DNA of 64,000 nt from the NCBI GenBank assembly GCA_964106645.2, contig OZ067039.1. One strand, written 5' to 3'. The stretch comes from Podarcis pityusensis (lineage: Eukaryota). The notes under the pieces are model-generated. The model worked only from the letters and a program-made list of their open reading frames with translations, had not been told where the DNA came from and ran no database searches. Each line of letters begins with the position of its first letter. Within the stretch, counting starts at the first letter, position 1. This document shows positions 49,031 to 62,402 of the stretch, piece after piece. The translations under genes and the position numbers were made by a program.

Positions 49031-52000
49031 AGGTGCAGTCCAGCCATATCTGAAGAGCACCAAGCTGGCTGGATCTGGGATACTCCTTATGTAATGATAC
49101 AAATGTGATTAGTGGAAAAGTATCTTTAAATTGTGGTGTGAAAAGCAGTATTTTGAGTCAAACCATTCTGAAACACATCTTTGCTATTCGCAAACCTTTC
49201 ACTCCCCCACAGCAGTCTTATTCTTCGCTTCTTATGGTGTTCTCCCCTCCACATTGTAAAATTATCAGTCACTGTGTAGTGAAATCCATGCAAATATGAA
49301 AGAATCCTTTCCCGTCTACAGGTTGAGATGAGGTATCTGGGCTGCTTAAAGAAAGAGAACTTGAACTTTCAAGAGTGGGACTGGGCTAGCATATTATCCT
49401 GGTGTGGGTGCGCATCTTTAAGTTGGCCTGCGTCAGTCAGGTACAACAACCCACCCTCCCACCCAACTTCCAGAGTACTGGATTTCCTGGTTGCTGTTCA
49501 AGGCAAAGCAGGCATTTTGGGTACACAAAAAGTACGGACTTTGTATATGAGCTGGTGTATGCATAGAAAGAGTACCTGAGGCTGAAATGTTACTGGGGGC
49601 AGAACCAATAGTTGAATAACCAAATTAGAACTTGGTTCACGTAAAACTACAATGTAAATTGTAGCAATGTTTTCGTTTTGTAATGAATAGTGCCAGAACA
49701 GTAATGCTGCATTTTATTTATATCCAGTATAGCCACGCTCTTCCCTGTGTGCCTTTCCCTGCTGTTTTGTTGCTGTTGATTCTTACGTTCAGTTCACTGC
49801 ATTCCCACAACACTTTAAAATCACAAAAAGATTAGTGCACATTCTAATAATAATGTACAGCTTTTTTCAAGCAGTTTTGCCTGATATAAACATTTTTGCA
49901 AGCCGTTTTCCCTAACATAATGCATTTGTGTCTTGTTTTCATACATGAATGGTTTTGGGGGGGTGAAGAACTGCATCGCAAAATTCAGAGCAGTGTGAAT
50001 TTTAAAGGTAGCTGTTCAAGGAAGTGTGAATTAGTTTGTATTAAAATACAAAATGAACAGAACTTTCCTCTAACCTTACTGGTGAATAATATTTGAGTAT
50101 AAGGTACCGTTGATGATAATGATATCCAAAAGGTTAAAAAATGGTATATGATACTCAGCTGCTGTAAGTCATTTGGGCATTTGATATGAATATTGGCAAA
50201 TTAACCCAAGGCCAATAAGCTTTACACACTCCTCTAGGCAAGCAAGGCTGCCTTTGCCCAAGTTCTCCTCACAAACATTTGATTAGGGATACTTGCATTT
50301 GCGAGAGTCCCCCTTACATGTTCAAATGTTTACAACTTCCGTAATAATAATAATAATAAGTAGTTGGGAGCTTGCGTTCTGGGAAAGCAATGCTGGTTTA
50401 GAGATTCCTTGCAGCTGTCAGGTGTGCTAAGGACTCCTGGTACATCCTTATTCTTGACCCCTCATGGCACTGAGGTGGGGATTTGGGCTGCGTGGAACTT
50501 TCCCACTCTCGGCATACAGTGGTGAATACACCCAACATGTAGCTTAATTTATCAAGGCACACTTGTTATTAAATAACTTTATTGCATGCTCTTATCACAT
50601 ATTAAGTATGTCCAAGCTAGGAATGTCCACTCCCACATAATTGTTTCAATCAGCGCTGTTTATGATCTGTCACAGTTCTTCTGTTATTTGTCTCACTGTC
50701 TACTAGAGCAAATGTTTTTGAAATTAATTACATAATTAACCATTATTATTATTAAGTAATATCTCATCTTTTCCCCTGACAGGGACTCAGGTCAGCTTAT
50801 TATTATGTTATCATATGTTACCATTGAATTGTTCCACACAATTCATTTCAGTGCAAAGGAAACAGAGGGCAAATTGCAGAGTGGTAGGGAGAACGATCAG
50901 TTACATATCATTATGTATCCTTTGTGGGTTGAAAAGGATCACAACAGTGAATACTGATCGTATTCTCTAGACTGAATTGTATTCCGGAAATGGGATGGGT
51001 ATGTTAATGTTGGTGATTTCTGTTCCACTTTCCATTTTTGCTGGAATTCTCTGACATCCCTAGCCCAACCACACAGCTTGAGGATCAATACAGTCCTGAT
51101 ACATTTCCAGGACACACTGAAAGGATAACTTTTAATTTTGCTTCAATGCATTTTTACAATATTTGGCTGTTTTAGAGAGCCCTCCCCACAGGGAAATGCA
51201 GCAATGAATGTCTTGGCCAAGTCAGAAAAACTCTAAGGTGCTTTTAAGAAGATTATACAACTTTCAACCAATGAAGGAACACTTGCGTATAATACATGTT
51301 TAATGTTTCAGGATGTGCTAAAGTAACATTAGACATTTTGAATGAGAAGCATTTTGAAGAGCAGGAGATGCCACTGAGCATTAATTGCACATTAGCAGAT
51401 GCTCTGGTTATCTTTCACTGAAGATAGGATGCTGACCATGTGGTCTGAATGTCATCAAACACTATCCTTTCATAATGGGAAAGGTTACGGCAGGAAATAG
51501 TTTATTATTAGATAAACTGGCTTGTGAGAAGAACAGGTGCTCTTCACCACAATATTAGTTACCGGTACTTGGAACTGTCCTCTGAGTTCTCTGAAATCTC
51601 TGAAATCTTTCTAACTCAGTTGGCTGCACAAAAGCTAAAACTCAGGCTCACAACCAAGTGGTTAAGTTTACTTAGGAACCTTTTGTGAGAGAGTTTGTAG
51701 AAAACTTTAGCAAAACAAACAAAACGAAGGTGAATAAATCAGATTTCCACTATCAACATTTTTACTGGCATTCCAAAAGAATTTTAGAACACCAATGTTG
51801 ATTCTTTCCCAAGTCGTATATGGATTAGGGGTGATCAGAAGGCAGATCAGGATGTGCTAGCAGACTCCCAGATGTTTTATTTATTAAATTTATATCCCAC
51901 CCTTACTCCCAAAGGAGCCTAGCTGTTTAACAATAGCAACAACAAAACAGCAAATGAAGAAAGCTAATCAGGACTGGGCTTTTGTGGGAAAGGTCTGTGA

Positions 52001-54848
52001 AATCACTTTCTACTGAAGATATATGCTTAGAATGTGTTCAGAGCTACCCTGTTCTTTCATTCTAACAGCATGTCTTTAAAACCTAGCTCTGAAGTCTGCC
52101 TACTCCTGGGTTTAAATGCTTTTGCTGGTTTTTCATTTCAATTGAGAAAATATGAAGAGGAGAAAGTAAGGTGCCTTCTAGCTTTTGCTATCATGCTCAC
52201 TATCTTTCTGAGGGTGTATCCTCTTTCTATGGCTATTTGAGATTTAAATATAGCAGTGAGGTATGTACCACAAAGAAGTATCAGCTGCATTTAACAGGTG
52301 TCTTTTCGTTCACTGTTGCTGGTGTCCTCTTAACACAAAGGAAAATATTCTAGGGATGCCCAACATACAGTTTTAAAGCACTGTAACCTGCTTAGTAGCT
52401 TCAGGATTCTATATGTGCCCACCTCATTCTCCAAGAAATACTGAATACAGGATCCTAAAACTGAGAAGCTGGACTAGAGCTTTTTTTAAAAATAAAAAAA
52501 AACACCACACCATATTCTTTGCTCTCAAATCTCTTTTTTCTTGAAGGCCTTCTTGCATTATTGATTTATTATCAACTTTGACACTAGTTTATATAATCTA
52601 TTTCTTCCAGTCTAAAATCTATTTTGATAGATTTTTCCAACAAAAACATGGAAAACAATTTCATTTACAAGCATGAATAATCCTTTGCAACAATATTCAC
52701 TCTATTGGAGATTTTCTTGGAGTGCTATGGCTTCAAGGGAAGTGTAAGGGGAAATGCAGTGCATCACAAACAAAATGGAGTCTATGCTACCTTTTTCAAT
52801 CAAGAAATATATTTACTTGTTACTTCAGAATGCAACCCGCTCAACATTGTAATCGTTATATTAAACATTGTAATCTGTAATGGGAAATGGGGAAAGTGTC
52901 AGAAACATGTTGCCCATTCCACTCCAGTGTTGGAACTTTCTGTAGAAGTAGAAGAAGTGAGCCATAGATCAGAAAATTCAATGGGGCCCCATTGACTGCA
53001 TAGTAAAATAACTATAACTTTTTCAAAAATGATGAAATTTGCAGGTGTATTAGCTGCTAGTGAGTGGGCGACACCTGCAATATTTCAGACAAATAGGTTA
53101 AAGAATATTTTGTGTAGTCACCTTTACTTTTCCATTTTAGGGTATACCTATAGCTTATTTTCTTTGCAAATGAGGGGGTGAAGTCTGCCAAAGTTTCACA
53201 CAGATTAGTGCAACAGGGCTTGTGCACAGACTCCTAGGACCCAAGGCACTGTGACCTGCCCCCAATGTATTTTTTGAGGGCGCCAGAGCCCCCACTGTTC
53301 AGAGGGTGAACGTGGAGCTGGGCATGGTGCAGCTCTCCCATGTTTTCCAGAGCAATTTGAATGAAAATAGCATACTTCATAGAGGTACATGAAAATAAAT
53401 AACCTTCTACATAGGATAGATGCAAGAATTAGGAAGTATGCTGAATGATAAACTGTTTGAGACGTGTGTTTTCTGCTCGGTTGGCACCAGCTGAAAAGCT
53501 GAGTTCTTTCTACATCCCTTCCAGAAGCACTGAGATTGAAAGTTTTAAAAAAAGAGCCCTGGTAAAGCTATTCACTGGTTGGAAGCTAGAGGTGTCTATC
53601 AAGAACCATAGCAATTCTTTTTCCTCCCTACTCCCCTCATCCCCAGTCCTTAAAGATAGAGTTTAGGGGTAATATCCTAGTCTCTGTTTGTCTGGGTTGT
53701 CTGAATGCCCACCCTAGCTGAAACATCATAAACCTAAATGATGCAGGCTAAAACTAGACATGATTATCACAATTAATGTGCTACTTTTTTGTTATGTAAA
53801 TAGCAGCTGTGGAGGAGTTCAACTCTTTCCTTCACACAATCCTGACAGAAATCTCCTCAGTGAGACTGCTTTTTGGATTTCAAGGGGAAATCAAATTGGA
53901 GACTTCACTTGGAAAAAATATATCTTCCGAGAGGTGATTTTTGTCAGGACTTCAGTTGTGTCTGAAAGAGAGTTAAACAAGGCTGATTAGCCTTCCCTAT
54001 GACTGCTATTTGCATAGCAAATATGTGCACATCAATTGCATTCACAATCAGTATCACATCAGGTTTGCCCTGAGTCTCTGTTTTCTCCCTGGGGAATGGT
54101 GGGTGTCTCTTTAATATTGTGTTATACCACACTCCTCATGGCAGCCATTTTATGCTATGCCATGGGCCCTTGGCAGCTATTTTTTAACTGGCATCCCCAG
54201 TGCACTCAAAATGTGCCCACTAGTATAAAAAAGTTGATGATCTCTGGTATATAAATGGCATGCGAACATAATCTTTATCTTATCACAGTTAAAAATTACA
54301 AGTCTGTTCATACTATATAGCTTCTGGAACCAAAATGGCATAGGCAACTTCTCTTGGAAAGATGTTAAAGGAATAACAACCATAAAATGTTTCTAAATCG
54401 GATATAAAATAAAATGTATTTCCATTCTAAGTTTCAGAATCTAGAAAACTGCTTTTGATATTTTTATTTGAGACATAAAATTAAATGAGCCCATGCAGAT
54501 AATTTCAGTATTTAGGAGCAGATGTTCACACCAGTGCTTTGCAAATTAAGGGCATTCCAGTAGGGATTCCTGCTATTTGGTACCCAATGAGTATCTAAAA
54601 ATAACTTGCAATGCATTTGAAAATTACTTGCAAGCATTTGTGGAAGATAATTTGTGGTTCTTATATAGCAAATGGTGCCTTTCATCTAACTACATTAGGC
54701 ATAAAATGCCCCAAGTTGCAAAACGCTAGCTTTCCATTTGTTAATTTAAATGATTAGATCTATATTTTTCCATGTCTAAAATGTCTGCCGGCATCAGCAG
54801 TGTTAGTAAGCATGTTGCTGCAACTACGGTAGTTGTACACATAGGCTT

Positions 54849-55157
54849 AAAGGTAAAGGTAAAGGGACCCCTGACCTTAGGTCCAGTCGCGAACGACTCT
54901 GGGGTTGCGGCGCTCATCTCGCTCTATAGGCCGAGGGAGCCGGCGTACAGCTTCCGGGTCATGTCGCCAGCATGACTAAGCCGCTTCTGGCGAACCAGAG
55001 CAGCGCACAGAAACGCCATTTACCTTCCTGCTGGAGCGGTACCTATTTATCTACTTGCACTTTGACGTGCTTTCGAACTGCTAGGTTGGCAGGAGCAGGG
55101 ACCAAACAATGGGAGCTCACCTCATCGCGGGGATTCGAACCACGACCTTTCGATCGG
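54849..55157 (-). mobile_element. Sauria SINE (5'-truncated)
   Basis: (ACCTTT)n tail read as aaggtaaaggtaaagggacccctgacc; CpG-rich body; tRNA B-box ggttcgaatccc on the minus strand near 55130-55142. Confidence 0.9.
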
Positions 55158-55594
55158 AACACATTAAATATTTCTATATAATGTAATGTGCAGATGATTT
55201 TAAATGTACAAAGTCAAAAAGGGCACACTGATGCTCGGAGTGGGAGTACTGTGACAGGGGACACACAAAATGAGTCACAGGTACTCCAGAGCTGGGGTGC
55301 TGTAGGCTGCGCCTTCATTGCTATTGTATAGACATGTAGCCAATTTGGCAACTCCAAGACTGCGACCAAGTGAGGTGAGATGCATCTCGGTACTTATGCT
55401 GATAAGACCAGCCTTGAGAGAGATAACAGCCTCACGCTGAACTCTGCTTTGCTACACTACCCTTTAGGGCCTCCTTCCCCAGGGAGGAGTGGGGCTGCTG
55501 GTATAAAAACTTAAATGGGTTCTCCCTCCTTTTGTTTTACCCTCACAACAACTCAGTGACGTAGGTTAGGTGAAGAAACAGAATCTGGCCTAAG

Positions 55595-55872
55595 TTAGGA
55601 TTGCCGTACATCTGGAATTTCCTGGACATATCCTGAATACTGCAGTCGGCAGCAGTGTCTGGGTGGAAATTGGTAAAATGTCTGGGAAAATCCGGATGTA
55701 CGGCAGCCCATGTCAGCAGTGCCATTTTTGCCAATTTTCCATAAAAATAGCTCAAAATCGGCTCTCTCTTTTTGCCAAAAAAGCCCAACAACTTTAGTCA
55801 AAACTTTGCCCCCCCCCCAAAAAAAAACCCCGTCCAAATGTTCACTGCTTGAAAAATGGCAAACCAACCTAA
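55595..55872. mobile_element. hAT-like MITE (TAGGGTTGCC-type terminus)
   Basis: taggattgccgtacatctgga...atccggatgtacggcagcc internal inverted repeat; right end degenerate. Confidence 0.5.
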
Positions 55873-55949
55873 GGGCACCGAGCAAACTTCATGGCTGAGT
55901 GGATGTGTCAAATCATTTTGGCTCAAAAAAGAAAAAGGAAAAAAATGTT

Positions 55950-56100
55950 ATTGTTGCTGGATCAGGCCTATGGGTCTATCTAGCCTACCATCCTGTGATC
56001 GCAGTGGCCAACCAGATGCCTATGGGAAGCCCACGAGCAGGATTTGAGTGGAAGAGCACCTCTGGTTTCCAGAAATTGCTATTCTGAAGCATTGCTGCCT
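55950..56100 (-). mobile_element. CR1 3'UTR fragment
   Basis: gctggatcaggcc...cagtggccaaccagatgcc...ggtttccagaaattgctattctgaagcattgctgcct; similar copy at 61405. Confidence 0.6.
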
Positions 56101-56406
56101 CCTCCCATCAAACTTCCTTTTTCCACCACTGTTGCACACTGGGTCAATAGCTTTATCAAGCCATGTATTATGATCCCATGGTCTCAGTCCTGGTCCGTCA
56201 CCGCCAGTTCAGACTCCATGAGTGTATTTGTTGGGGTATTAATAAATGACCACAACAAATGAATACTGGGGTTTGAACTATTTAAATCTTGAATTTATCC
56301 AAGCATGAGTATCTGAACAGAATTGCTATGAATCTTAAATCACTTTTTACTCCCTCCACTTAACATAGTATTGGAGCCCTAAGATCAGCACACGAGAGAC
56401 CTACAG

Positions 56407-56567
56407 CAGGAGTCAGCAAACTTTTTCAGCAGGGGCCGGACCACTGTCCCTGAGACTTTGTGGGGGGCCGGACTATATTTTTTTATATTTCCCTGGACCA
56501 TCCGCAGGCCAGATTTAGAAGGTGATTGGCCAGATCCAGCCCCTGGACCTTAGTTTGGCTACCCATG
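56407..56567. mobile_element. hAT (Charlie-like) MITE with perfect 8-bp TSD
   Basis: TIRs caggagtcagcaaact / agtttggctacccatg; TSD acctacag at 56399-56406 and 56568-56575. Confidence 0.85.
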
Positions 56568-56958
56568 ACCTACAGTAACACACCTTGTTTGCAACTCATG
56601 AAACTTGAGTTCTTTGTGTAATTTAGTATTGGCAGAGGTGGATTTTGGGCAGCACGACTGGTTCTGCTGCACTGGGCATCTAGACTAGGGGGCACCACAG
56701 GGCATCAGACCTATGACATATTGAATTGAGCAGAAAGGAAGATGAGAGGTGGGGAAGTACCATATTTTGGACTGGCACTTGACACTGCTGAAATTTGAAA
56801 GCCGTCCCTGGCATTGTAGGACTGTAGGGCTATTGTACCTTTAACAGGTATGTAGCAGGTAGATATTAAACAGAGTAAGTCTTTTGGAGTATAGAACTAC
56901 AATTAGGGGGAAAGCTTCACTGGTTGCCATTCCATCTGTTGGATAACTTATTACTGGC

Positions 56959-56964
56959 TTTATT
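56959..56964 (-). promoter_or_regulatory. Candidate LRTM1 polyadenylation signal (AATAAA)
   Basis: tttatt on + strand about 300 nt downstream of the LRTM1 stop; first canonical hexamer I noticed. Confidence 0.35.
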
Positions 56965-57259
56965 TTTGGCACTCCACCTCCACCTGCAAAAGAGGGTACA
57001 AATCTGCACGTGACATTTGAATATACTTTGTTATGCAAATGTGTGTCTTTGTCAAGTGCAGCCGATTGCCCAGTCTACATATGGTATACCAGTGGCCAGA
57101 AAAATCTTGTTGGCACCTCTGTAGTTATATGCAAACAGTTTTGAATGTGGAAAATCAAAATGTAAGAGTAACTAATAAATCAGCCATATTCCGACTCTAC
57201 TCAGCTTGTTGGGCAAGGGGAGTAGTATATGTTTCTGAAAGCCCGTAGCAATCAGTAAC

Positions 57260-57696
57260 TCAAGCCAATGACCTCTCAAATGACTCTTTTTCCTCAAGAC
57301 TCCTCTTCTCCTTGCCAGAGGGGTTCTTTTCACGGTGGTACTTTGCGGTGATTGCAGCATAAGCACAGCCATACACAGCGGCAGCCAACATCATGAGACA
57401 TACAATCCCACAGACCACTCCAGTTATTACTACAGTGGCAATTGCATGACGCAAGCTAACGGGCCGTGGCTTTGGTTTCGGTTCACAGTGTGACCGGCTG
57501 CTGTCTCCTCCATGTTCATTGTGATGGGCAAGCTTTGGAGAACTTTTGTGCTCAGAAGTATAGTGAAGAGCATTGGCCTGGTGGATATCGGAAGCTGTAG
57601 GAGGGCAGATTCCATACAATTCATAAGGAATTCTCAGGAGGTCTTTTCCCTTCCGATGATCAGGTGCTGAGCAGATGATACTGTCACTAATTCCTC
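57260..57696 (-). CDS. LRTM1: LRTM1 last coding exon (end of LRRCT, stalk, transmembrane helix, cytoplasmic tail, stop)
   Basis: Minus-strand acceptor ttcttttcag|GA GGA ATT; GGISDSIICSAPDHRKGKDLLRIPYELY...CEPKPKPRPVSLRHAIATVVITGVVCGIVCLMMLAAAVYGCAYAAITAKYH...; TGA at 57260-57262. Confidence 0.95.
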
Positions 57697-59029
57697 CTGA
57701 AAAGAAGGAGAATTTGTCAAGCTCTTGCTCACTCAGAAGAACCAACCAAACACCCACTAACTAAAGTAATGAAGAAACTGATTTTTCTCCTGTATAAAAA
57801 TGACAACCATCTTCTATGCTAGTTGGTTTACAGTTGAATTACAACAATGGAAAAACCTCAGTTTTGTTACTCATTTGTGAAACTTAAGCTCTCCTTTCAT
57901 TCATAGATGCTATTGGAAAACAGTCCAACCAAGGAAAACAAATGGTCATAATAAGGTTGCAAATGGGGGGGAATACACCATTGGCTTGAAGCCCAACATA
58001 ACCGTGATTAAAGCCAACATGGAGGAAGTTTAAAATGGCCACCATATAGTAACTGTGTTTTGGAAACCATGGTTAAATAGATGCTGAGCAGAGACAAAAG
58101 CAAATTAGGTCCTATTTTAATGTGAGAATGATCAGATGTTTTCCATTCAGTGTCAGAGAGTTGGCCTGATCTGAGTGATGGCATGCCACAAAACAACAGT
58201 TGTTGTGAAGGAAGTGAAAGGTCTGGGACCAAGAGGGTCTATGTGCTTTTGGTGGAAATTGAGAGCAGAGACAAAGAGCTCAGGAAGCAAAGAGGCTGAG
58301 GGAAGTTTCAGTAGCAAGACGAACCAGGAGATAGGACCAGGACGTAGGGGCTCAGAAGATACACTGGCTAAAGAAGAGAGACTAAACAGAGATAGACTGA
58401 GGGTAGGAGATAGTTAACGGGTAGGAAATACTACACTTTCTTTGACTGCACTTTATATTTAAACAACTGTATGTATAAGATCGCAGAGAAATTAGTTTTG
58501 GATTGACTTTACATTGGTTTCTAGGGTTCTGGTTTCTTTTTCCAGGGACAAAAATGTTATCACACATGTCTTCAATCACTTGAGGAGTGAATTTCAGTTT
58601 GAGCATACAAAGGGGTGGGTGGGAAGAATCTCCTATTTTTTCCATTTTATTGTTTCTGTTTATAAGTATACATATAGGTATAAAATGAAGTGAGCAAAAA
58701 GTATGGACACAGAACTTACAGATATAAAAGTTATATAGTAGTAAAATTGATGTAATATGTCTGTTGCTTTTTGCTATCCCAAGAGTTATTGAATTGATGC
58801 GAGCCATTTTTCAACAAATCTGCTTTCTGTCTGCCTTCTTTAACTTGTATATAAAAGGCCCTCCTTGCATATTCAAACAATGTTCGCTCCCATTCTCTCA
58901 GACTTGGAATTTAGTCAGATCTGCAGTATTTTGTATGTAGAATTCATGCTGCCATGACTGTAAGATTTTATGTGATTTTTGTTTTAAAAAATGCTATGAT
59001 GCCCTTCAGTGTAATATAAAGATTCTCAG

Positions 59030-59520
59030 AGCTCACTCCTATGCATGTTTTTTTCAGGATGAAGGCACACTAAGTTCAGTGGAACTCACTCCCATAAAGT
59101 GTGCATAGGATTGCACCCCAAGACTCTTACCAGAGAGTAAACACCATTGAGCTGAATGGGATTTAATTTTGATTGCTTAGGATTGTTCTCTACAACTGCA
59201 GCCCTAAACGCATTATGTAGGAGTTGAACTCAGTGGAAATTACTTGTGCATTAAAATTGATACGATTGGGCTGCAATTTACTGCATGTTGATGGGATTAG
59301 GTAGGAAAGAATAATGGAGACTCAAAATTCAGTCATAATCTTGTAAGAAGATTATTCCGTTGTCCAGCAAATAATTACAATAGGATTGTCCACCACAACT
59401 GCTGATGAATGGCTTGGAAAAAACAATAGAAGAATCATATAAGGCTGTAATTCCATGCACAGTAGCCTGGAAATAAGCCCAATTGGACTCACTGTAATGT
59501 TCATCTGAGTAGAACATGCA
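59030..59520. repeat. Cluster of about four degenerate palindromic MITE copies (cctatgcatg...gtgcataggattgc family)
   Basis: Repeated ~70-90 bp imperfect hairpins, e.g. cctatgcatg...aagttcagtggaactcactccc...gtgcataggattgc. Confidence 0.55.
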
Positions 59521-59544
59521 CAACAGTGGTGGGGAGGATCTTTT

Positions 59545-59934
59545 TGTTGGGATACTGCCAGGAAGACAGGGGCATCAGGCAGGCCCCCAGCTGGCTCCAG
59601 CCACTGGCCAGCAGCCGTTCTCCCCTTGGAACAGCATCAATTAGCGACACAAGCCTCAGATATGCTTAGAGACCCATGCACGCTCTATCAGCGAAGTGTG
59701 TAAATCTTCTCACAGCAGAAGAGGTGGACAGAGAAATGTGTAAGCATAATGTACAGCATTTTATTCAGCATAGTTCAGGAATAGAGTAAAACATGTCTGC
59801 TTCCCTTCGTCTCCAGCAATAACACAAAAGCTATATACAAACAGAAGTTCCCAGCAAGTGCTGGAAGTAAACAGGCATGTGACATACAATAGTCAAGGGA
59901 ACTTTTTAAGGTCGAACAGAACTATATACAAACA
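59545..59934 (-). mobile_element. Solo LTR (390 bp)
   Basis: TG...CA termini (tgttggg...caaaca); 5-bp TSD ctttt at 59540-59544 and 59935-59939; minus-strand TATATA (59832-59837) upstream of AATAAA (59760-59765). Confidence 0.75.
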
Positions 59935-61404
59935 CTTTTTCACTCCATGGGTGAGATCCTTATCAGGTTCTGCCTCATGGGCCAAATTTGACAGGTGGGC
60001 AGTGTGGCGGTTTTGTATTCTGACAGTGGGTTGTTAATGTTGCCAGAAAGATGCCATGTGATTAAATTGTATTTCCTGGGACAAAAATATAGCTTCTCCC
60101 ACAAGCAGAAAGGTTCCTCCTTTGAAACACTGCTTACCACATTTTGTAGTAAGTGAAGGACTACATATTATCATCTAACTCCCCCCCCCCCCCGTCCTCA
60201 CTGTCCTCTATTACGTCCATCCTCAGCAATTATCTAACTGCACAACTGGACATTTTCACACCAGGCTAAAACTTTTTGTTCTAGTGTACCTTTAGCATAG
60301 GTAATATTCAGATTGTTATGCTGTTTTACTTGTGTGTGGTGTTTTTTTTAAGGTGGACATTTCATTCTTCTTTTTGTTCATGTGTGTGTGTGCCCGTCCA
60401 TCCATCCATTTGGGGGATATAAAGGTAGGGCAGATTATTTAGTGGATCTGGGAGAGGATTGGGCATCATTAACACAGGATATATCAGTTTGCTTTATGTA
60501 AGTCTTACAAGAAAACTGCTAGTGAAATGAAAAATTGCTGGTGGAATATACAACATGTGCTTTTCCCAGATAGCATTGATAGTAACTTGATTTCTATTCA
60601 TGTTACAAATGTATGCAGATTAGAACAGTGCAAAGATGGGAAAAGCAAAAAGGGTTCTTAATTTGTCTTGGAAAGCTTCTTTCCCCGAGATAAGTTTATG
60701 AAGTTATTCTACAAATTTAACAGTTAAGTTATATTCATTCATTATGTTCTTTTGCTTACAAGAAGATGTCTGTATGGAGCATGACTCCAGCAATATATCC
60801 TAGGATGGAAAGAAATTACTTAGTAATATTTTAACCGTTCAAGGCTCTTGGAAAGTGATGACCACCTTGGGAGTATATTTTATCCAGTACTCAAATTCTG
60901 AAATAATAATAATATTTTTATTATTTATACCCCACCCATCAGGCTGGGTTCCCCCAGGAAAAGCAGGAGGTGTAAAGAAACCCACAAGCTCCATCCCCCA
61001 ATTCTCTCTTCTACATTTTAGCTTAATCGTGATCTCATGTAGTCTTCTCAAAGCAGTAGCTAAGGTGTCCATCATATAACGTAAGAAGGCTGGACTCCTC
61101 TAGTTTCATTCCTCAGCCTGCTAACTAGGAAGTTTACTTAGGAATAAATATTTTGAGTACAGAACTGCATGATGTATTGTTTCATGGTCAGTATATCTGC
61201 TCTTACTACTACTAGTTTGAAACCATGCTGAATTTTGGAAATACGACAGCAGTGTCTCCACTTGTTTCCTTTGTAAGTGGTTGAATTGATTGAGTTGAAA
61301 TATGTGTATTGAATTGCAACTATATCAATTGCTTCACATAAAACATCCTGAAGTGATTCAACAATAAAAACATCAACAATAAATACACACATTTATAACA
61401 TTTC

Positions 61405-61610
61405 AAGAACATAAGAGCCTGCTGGATCAGGGCAAGGCCCATCTAGTCCAGCATCCTGTTCTCACAGTGGCCAACCAGATGCCTCTGAGAAACCTGCAAG
61501 CATAGCATGAGCACAAGAACTGTGGTTTCCAGAAACTGGTATTCAGAAGCATTACTGTCTATGACCAGTGGGGCAAAGCATAGCCTTCATGACTAGTAGC
61601 CATTGATAGT
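61405..61610 (-). mobile_element. CR1 3'UTR fragment
   Basis: aagaacataagagcctgctggatcagggcaaggcccatctagtccagcatcctgttctcacagtggccaaccagatgcc. Confidence 0.7.
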
Positions 61611-62402
61611 CATTGATTCATGAATTCATTTAATTCAGTACAGATTGGGATAAAAACCAATGAATTGATGTTAGTTGTTGATTAATGCAGATACAAAGCT
61701 CTCTCTCAAGATTCTAAAACTTAGGGTCACCTAAAGACACTGATATGAAATGACAAATAAATAAATTGCTGCCATGATGGCCCCTGGCTCCATGTTTACA
61801 GGAAAGGTATAGTTTACAGAAAAGGTCCCAATACTAGCTGCTGGGGGACAAACAACTGTTCAGAAACATCAGAAAAGCATCTAGCAGGTCACCATTACCA
61901 ACAAAAGATCAGGCTCAACAGATCTTTTGCCTGATCCAGCAAGGCTCTTATGTTGTGGCTTCAGTATATATAACATAAGTGAATGGTCCAGACTTCCCAA
62001 CATGCTCTTACAGTGTGCAAGTAGCTGCCTTGTCAACAATTTGTTAAAGCCATGTATGTACTACTAAACGTAATATGAACCCTCTCAATAAGCAGAAGTC
62101 ATAGCAACTGCTGTATAGAGTTAAGAATGTTGTAATGTATGATATAGGCAACCCTAACCATCATCACTTATTGCTATATTTAAACCTTGTTACACAGTAT
62201 CAAGTGTAGGAAGTGTATAGGCTATACAGTAAATTCTACATCAGGAAGTCATCCATACTCAGCGACTCCCTCCACCAAATCCATTTTCCATGTTATTAGA
62301 TGCTCCCTTGAATTAAAACTTCAATAAATAGCGAAGGTGAGATATGTCTTAATGACATTTGCTGGATATACAGTATATGTGTAACAGAGAAAAATTACTT
62401 AC

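Noticed and set aside
57697-57757. N-terminal part of ORF 57260..57757 (MGVWLVLL...)
   Set aside because: This is the intronic polypyrimidine tract; the exon starts at 57696.
58150-58460. Purine-rich LTR-like stretch; similar weak candidates at 10850-11140 and 38300-38820
   Set aside because: Could not define termini or TSDs; left uncalled pending a repeat search.
59329-59400. Minus-strand peptide YCNYLLDNGIIFLQDYD resembles the alpha2delta motif NCYLIDNNGFILVSEDY
   Set aside because: Wrong strand for CACNA2D3, no clear splice sites, gaps needed, and flanked by MITE debris; probably chance.
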